From NCBI GenBank assembly GCA_042219485.1, contig JBDGPV010000003.1, positions 1 through 60,689 on the forward strand: 60,689 nucleotides of DNA, written 5' to 3'. The notes beneath the pieces are model-generated. The model worked only from the letters and a program-made list of their open reading frames with translations. It did no database searches and was not told where the DNA came from. This stretch comes from Haloferacaceae archaeon (GTDB taxonomy: Archaea > Halobacteriota > Halobacteria > Halobacteriales > Haloferacaceae). This document shows positions 56,930-60,689 of the stretch, piece by piece. Both the position numbers and the translations under genes were made by a program. Within the stretch, counting starts at the first letter, position 1, and each line of letters begins with the position of its first letter.

Positions 56930-58039
56930 ATGTCCGGGTCCGGCCAGTTCTGTCCGCGGTGCGGCGAGCCGGTGCCCGAGCGGGCCGAGCCCCTGCCGGG
57001 CGGGGCCCGCGGGCGGGCGGCGTCGCTCTGTGACGCCTGCTACTTCGACGACTTCGACCTGGTCGACGCCCCCGATCGGATCGAGGTCGCCGTCTGTGCG
57101 ACCTGCGGGGCCGTCAGGCGGGGGAACTCCTGGCGCGACGTGGGGGCCCGGGACTACACGGACGTGGCGGTCGACGAGGTCCGCGAGGCGCTCGGCGTCC
57201 ACGTCGACGCCCGGGACGTAGCGTGGGGCGTCGAGCCCGAGCAGGTCGACCCGACCACCGTCCGGATGCACTGCCGGTTCTCGGGGGTCGTCCGCGGGAC
57301 GCCGGTCGAGGAGGAGGCCGTCGTCCCCGTGCGCATCGCCCGGGGCACATGCGACCGGTGTGGCCGGGCCGCCGGCGGCTACCACAACGCCGTCGTGCAG
57401 GTGCGCGCCGCGGGCCGGCCGATCACCGACGAGGAGCGGGCCCGCGCCGCCGAACTGGCGGAGGCCCACGTCGCCGAACGGGAGGCGGACGGCGACCGGG
57501 ACGCGTTCCTCACCGAGACGACCGAGACCGACGGCGGCCTCGACCTCAAGCTCTCGACCACGGGGCTCGGCGAGGGCGTCGCCGCCCGCATCGTGCGCGA
57601 ACTCGGCGGGGAGATCGACCGCCACCCCACCCTCGTCACCGAGGACGAGGACGGCGAGGAGGTCTACCGCGTCACCTACGCGGTGCGGCTCCCGCGGTAC
57701 ACCCCGGGCGACGTGATCGATCCGGCTGACGGCGACGGCCCGGTGCTGGTCCGGAGCGCGTCGGGCAACCTGAAGGGCGTCCGCCTGGCCACCGGCGACC
57801 GGTACGAGGCCGCTCACGAGGACGGGACGGCTCCCGACGCCGACCGGCTCGGCACCGCGGCCGACGGCGTCGAGACGACGCTGGTGACCGTCGAGGACGC
57901 CCACGCGGTCCGGGTGCTCGACCCGGAGACACACGAGGCGACGACCGTTCCCCGCCCCGACTACCTCGACGCCGGGGCCGAGACGGTGTCGGTGATAAAG
58001 AGCGCCGCCGGCCTCCACGTCCTCCCGCCGGACGCCTAG
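56930..58039 (+). CDS. NMD3-like ribosome biogenesis/export adaptor homolog
   Basis: N-terminal Cys clusters CPRCG...CDACY...CATCG...CDRCG, followed by NMD3-type beta domains. Confidence 0.8.
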   Translation: MSGSGQFCPRCGEPVPERAEPLPGGARGRAASLCDACYFDDFDLVDAPDRIEVAVCATCGAVRRGNSWRDVGARDYTDVAVDEVREALGVHVDARDVAWGVEPEQVDPTTVRMHCRFSGVVRGTPVEEEAVVPVRIARGTCDRCGRAAGGYHNAVVQVRAAGRPITDEERARAAELAEAHVAEREADGDRDAFLTETTETDGGLDLKLSTTGLGEGVAARIVRELGGEIDRHPTLVTEDEDGEEVYRVTYAVRLPRYTPGDVIDPADGDGPVLVRSASGNLKGVRLATGDRYEAAHEDGTAPDADRLGTAADGVETTLVTVEDAHAVRVLDPETHEATTVPRPDYLDAGAETVSVIKSAAGLHVLPPDA

Positions 58040-58209
58040 TCGGCGGCCCGGTCCGCGCCCGCGGATACGTCGACGCCGGCGCTCCCGAGCGCGGCGACGA
58101 GCTGGGACTCGGTGCAGCCCGCCCGCTTGGCGGCCTGTGTGAGCGTCAGCGTTCCGCTCCGGTACAGCTCCATCGCGGTGTTCAGCCCGCGGGAGTTCAT
58201 ATCCATCAT
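58036..58209 (-). CDS. UPF0175-like small HTH protein (antitoxin-like), 57 aa, absent from the ORF track
   Basis: Hand translation: MMDMNSRGLNTAMELYRSGTLTLTQAAKRAGCTESQLVAALGSAGVDVSAGADRAAD. The ELYRxGxLSLxxAAxxAG pattern is typical of UPF0175. Confidence 0.55.
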   Translation of the reverse strand: MMDMNSRGLNTAMELYRSGTLTLTQAAKRAGCTESQLVAALGSAGVDVSAGADRAAD

Positions 58210-58289
58210 GATGGTTGATGACCTTGTAAAGTTACTGTGAGGGTAATTAACATGATTTGATATAATGGGATATTAGGGACAATGGGGGA

Positions 58290-58499
58290 TCAGCGGTCGA
58301 GCGCCGCCACGTCCGCGGCGGTGAGTTCCCCGTCGTCCGGCAGGCGGTCGATGCAGTCGAAACAGAGGAAGCGGTCCGTGCCGTCCGCGAGTTCGAGGTA
58401 GAGGCCGCCCTCCGAGGCGTCCGCGAACGTCCAGAGGTCGTCCACGCCCCCGCCGACCGGCACCCGCTCGCCGCAGGCGTCGCAGGGTTCGGTGCTCAT
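58290..58499 (-). CDS. Small acidic zinc-ribbon protein
   Basis: 69 aa with CDACG...CFDC (two CxxC knuckles). A GGGTTTACC box lies about 27 nt upstream. Confidence 0.6.
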   Translation of the reverse strand: MSTEPCDACGERVPVGGGVDDLWTFADASEGGLYLELADGTDRFLCFDCIDRLPDDGELTAADVAALDR

Positions 58500-58591
58500 C
58501 GTCGGCCGGAGGGGCCGGCGCTGGTAAACCCCTCGGTCGGCGTCGCGGGCGAACCCGTGCCGTTATCACTCCGGGCGTCGGTGGCCCCGCC

Positions 58592-59443
58592 GTGCTCGCC
58601 GCCCTCCTCGCGACCCGCGGCGTCGGCGTCACCGGGGTGCTGTCCGGCCTGCCCGCCCCGGTCGTGGCGCTGTTTGCGGCCGTGACGCTCCTGGGAAACC
58701 CGCTCGTCCTCTTCGCGGGGCTCGTCGTCCTCTACTGGCGGGCCCCGCCGGTCGCGCCCGAACCCCGGCGCGCGGCCGCCGCGCTGGTCGCCCTGGGCCT
58801 CGCGGCGGCGGCGCTCACGCTCGCGCTCAAGGCGGCGTTCGCCCTGCCCCGGCCGCCGGGCGCCGCCGAGTCCGGTTTCGGCTTCCCGAGCGGCCACGCG
58901 CTCGGGGCGACGGTGGTCTACGGGGGCGCTGCCCTCCTCCTCGACCGGCCCGACCGCCGCGGCCGCCGGTACGCGGCCGCGGCCGTCGTCGCGAGCGTGG
59001 CGCTCTCGCGGCTCGTCCTCGGGGTCCACTACCTCGCCGACGTGGTCGCCGGGGTCGCCGTCGGCGGGGCGGTCCTGGGCGCCGTCGTCGCGTTCGACCT
59101 CCGGCGCCCGGGCCGGGCGTTCGCCCTCGCGGCGGCCCTGGGCGTCCTGGCGCTCGCGCTCGTCCGTACCCCGGAGGGGGCCGCCGACGCGGCGGCCGTG
59201 GCCGGCGGGACGATCGGCGGGGGGCTGGCCTGGCGGGCCGCCGCCGACGAGGTGGGGCCCGTCCCGCTTCCGGCGGCCGCGGCGGGGCTGCTCGCCGGCC
59301 TGGGGCTGTGGGCCCTCCCCCGGGTCCTCGGGGCACCGCTCCCGGCCGTCGGGGCCGCGAGCGCCGCCGGGGTCGCGCTGGCGATCGGACTGCCGCGGCT
59401 GGTCCGTGCGGCGGCCGAGCGGGGCGCCGGACGGTCCGGCTGA
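58592..59443 (+). CDS. PAP2 superfamily phosphatase (membrane)
   Basis: KAAFALPRP, PSGH, and SRLVLGVHYLADV acid-phosphatase motifs. The GTG start lies 29 nt after CGTTATCAC. Confidence 0.75.
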   Translation: MLAALLATRGVGVTGVLSGLPAPVVALFAAVTLLGNPLVLFAGLVVLYWRAPPVAPEPRRAAAALVALGLAAAALTLALKAAFALPRPPGAAESGFGFPSGHALGATVVYGGAALLLDRPDRRGRRYAAAAVVASVALSRLVLGVHYLADVVAGVAVGGAVLGAVVAFDLRRPGRAFALAAALGVLALALVRTPEGAADAAAVAGGTIGGGLAWRAAADEVGPVPLPAAAAGLLAGLGLWALPRVLGAPLPAVGAASAAGVALAIGLPRLVRAAAERGAGRSG

Positions 59444-59455
59444 CGCCGGCGCGGC

Positions 59456-60689
59456 TCAGAACGTTTCGAGGTAGCGGTCGATCTCCCAGTCCGAGACCTC
59501 GACCTTGTACTCGCTGTACTCCTGGCGCTTGGCCTCGACGAACTTCTCGATCACGTGGTCGCCGAGCGCCGTCCGGATGACCTCGTCGGCCTCCAGTGCG
59601 TCGACCGCCCGGCCGAGGTTGGGGGGAAGCGTCTCGATGCCGTACTCCTCGCGCTTGGCCTCGTCGAACTCGTAGATGTTCTCCCGAACCGGGTCCATGC
59701 ACTCGAGGCCGCGCTCGATCCCGTCGAGCCCCGCGTGGATCATGGCCGCGAACGCGAGGTAGGGGTTACACGACGGGTCCGGCGACCGGAGTTCGATGCG
59801 CGAGGCGGCGGGCACCCGGGCGGCGGGCTTGCGGATCAGCGCCGAGCGGTTGCGGTCGGACCAGGCGACGTAGACCGGCGCCTCGTACCCGGGCACCAGC
59901 CGCTTGTAGCTGTTGACCGTCGGGTTGGCGACCGCGGTCAGGGCGGGCGCGTGGTCGAGGATCCCGGCGAGGAACTGCTTCGCGGTCGTCGAGAGGTTGA
60001 ACTCGTCGTCCGGGTCGTGGAACGCGTTCTCGCCGTCCTCGGTGAACAGCGACATGTGGGTGTGCATCCCCGAGCCGTTGATCCGGGCGATGGGCTTGGG
60101 CATGAACGTCGCGTGCAGGTCGTGCTCGGCCGCGATGGCCCGGACCACCGCCCGGAAGGTGGCGACGTTGTCGGCCGTCGAGAGCGCGTCGTCGTAGGTG
60201 AAGTTGATCTCGTGTTGCCCCCGGGCGACCTCGTGGTGCGAGGCCTCGATCTCGAAGCCCATGCTCTCGAGCCCGTAGATGATGTCCCGGCGGACGTCGC
60301 CGGCAAGGTCCTTCGGCGCCAGGTCGAAGTACCCTCCGGCGTCGCTCGTCCGGGTCGTCGGCCGGCCCTCCTCGTCCTCCTCGAAGAGGAAGAACTCGGG
60401 TTCGGGGGCGGCGTTCACCTCGAACCCCATCTCCGCGGCCCGGTCGATGGCCCGCTTGAGGACGCGCCGCGGGTCGCCGGCGAACGGTTCGCCGCTCGCG
60501 GTGTCGAACACGTCACAGATGAGCCGCCCCGCGTTCCCCTCGCCCCGCGACCGCCACGGCAGGATGGCGAACGTCTCCGGGTCGGGTTCGAGGCGCATGT
60601 CCGACTCCTGGATCCGAACGAACCCCTCGATGCTGGAGCCGTCGAAGTAGATGCCCTCGGTGAACGCCTTCTCGGCCTGCGTGGCCGGT
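59456..60689 (-). CDS. glnA: Glutamine synthetase type I; the N-terminus lies beyond the window end
   Basis: [25 protein letters not shown], and [12 protein letters not shown]. The frame stays open upstream of the track ATG to base 60689 (...[19 protein letters not shown]). Confidence 0.93.
   Translation of the reverse strand, partial: PATQAEKAFTEGIYFDGSSIEGFVRIQESDMRLEPDPETFAILPWRSRGEGNAGRLICDVFDTASGEPFAGDPRRVLKRAIDRAAEMGFEVNAAPEPEFFLFEEDEEGRPTTRTSDAGGYFDLAPKDLAGDVRRDIIYGLESMGFEIEASHHEVARGQHEINFTYDDALSTADNVATFRAVVRAIAAEHDLHATFMPKPIARINGSGMHTHMSLFTEDGENAFHDPDDEFNLSTTAKQFLAGILDHAPALTAVANPTVNSYKRLVPGYEAPVYVAWSDRNRSALIRKPAARVPAASRIELRSPDPSCNPYLAFAAMIHAGLDGIERGLECMDPVRENIYEFDEAKREEYGIETLPPNLGRAVDALEADEVIRTALGDHVIEKFVEAKRQEYSEYKVEVSDWEIDRYLETF

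Noticed and set aside
58196-58285. C/D-box sRNA in the AT-rich patch (TGATGA-like sequences)
   Set aside because: No properly placed D box (CUGA) lies at the 3' end on the plus strand, the box order is reversed on the minus strand, and there is no terminal stem. It is more simply the promoter region of the UPF0175-like gene.

Overview
This is a 60.7 kb chromosomal window, roughly 70% GC, from a haloarchaeon (class Halobacteria). That call rests on the strongly acidic proteins, the archaeal information-processing genes (TBP, PCNA, PriL, RFC, RadA, Hjc, aIF1A, aIF6, thermosome, SRP54/FtsY, L31e/L39e/LX), the fused double TatC, and TATA-like boxes about 25-30 nt upstream of most start codons (leaderless architecture). 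I call about 70 protein genes and one tRNA (Arg-UCU). I found no rRNA, CRISPR array, transposase or integrase. Most long ORFs in the supplied track are Arg/Pro/Gly-rich shadow frames caused by the GC content. Two real genes fall below the track's size cutoff: rpl39e at 48419-48571 and a UPF0175-like HTH protein at 58036-58209. The region is mostly housekeeping, and I see no clear-cut novel multi-gene system.

The candidates most worth follow-up are:
- a 31-nt att-like duplication of the tRNA-Arg 3' end;
- a zinc-ribbon plus PriCT-like protein divergent from priL, inside an Hjc / SWIM / PriL / PCNA neighbourhood;
- a TBP gene translationally coupled to a membrane protein and a CPBP intramembrane protease;
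- a catalytically degenerate proteasome-beta-like gene between srp54 and ftsY;
- a P1B-type ATPase that has lost its metal-binding cysteines and has no canonical start codon for its N-terminal domain;
- a purine-skewed, G-tract-rich convergent intergenic region with a 37-nt tandem repeat;
- an AT-rich islet with an orphan antitoxin-like gene.

All family assignments come from reading the translations and recalling motifs. No database search or RNA folding was run.
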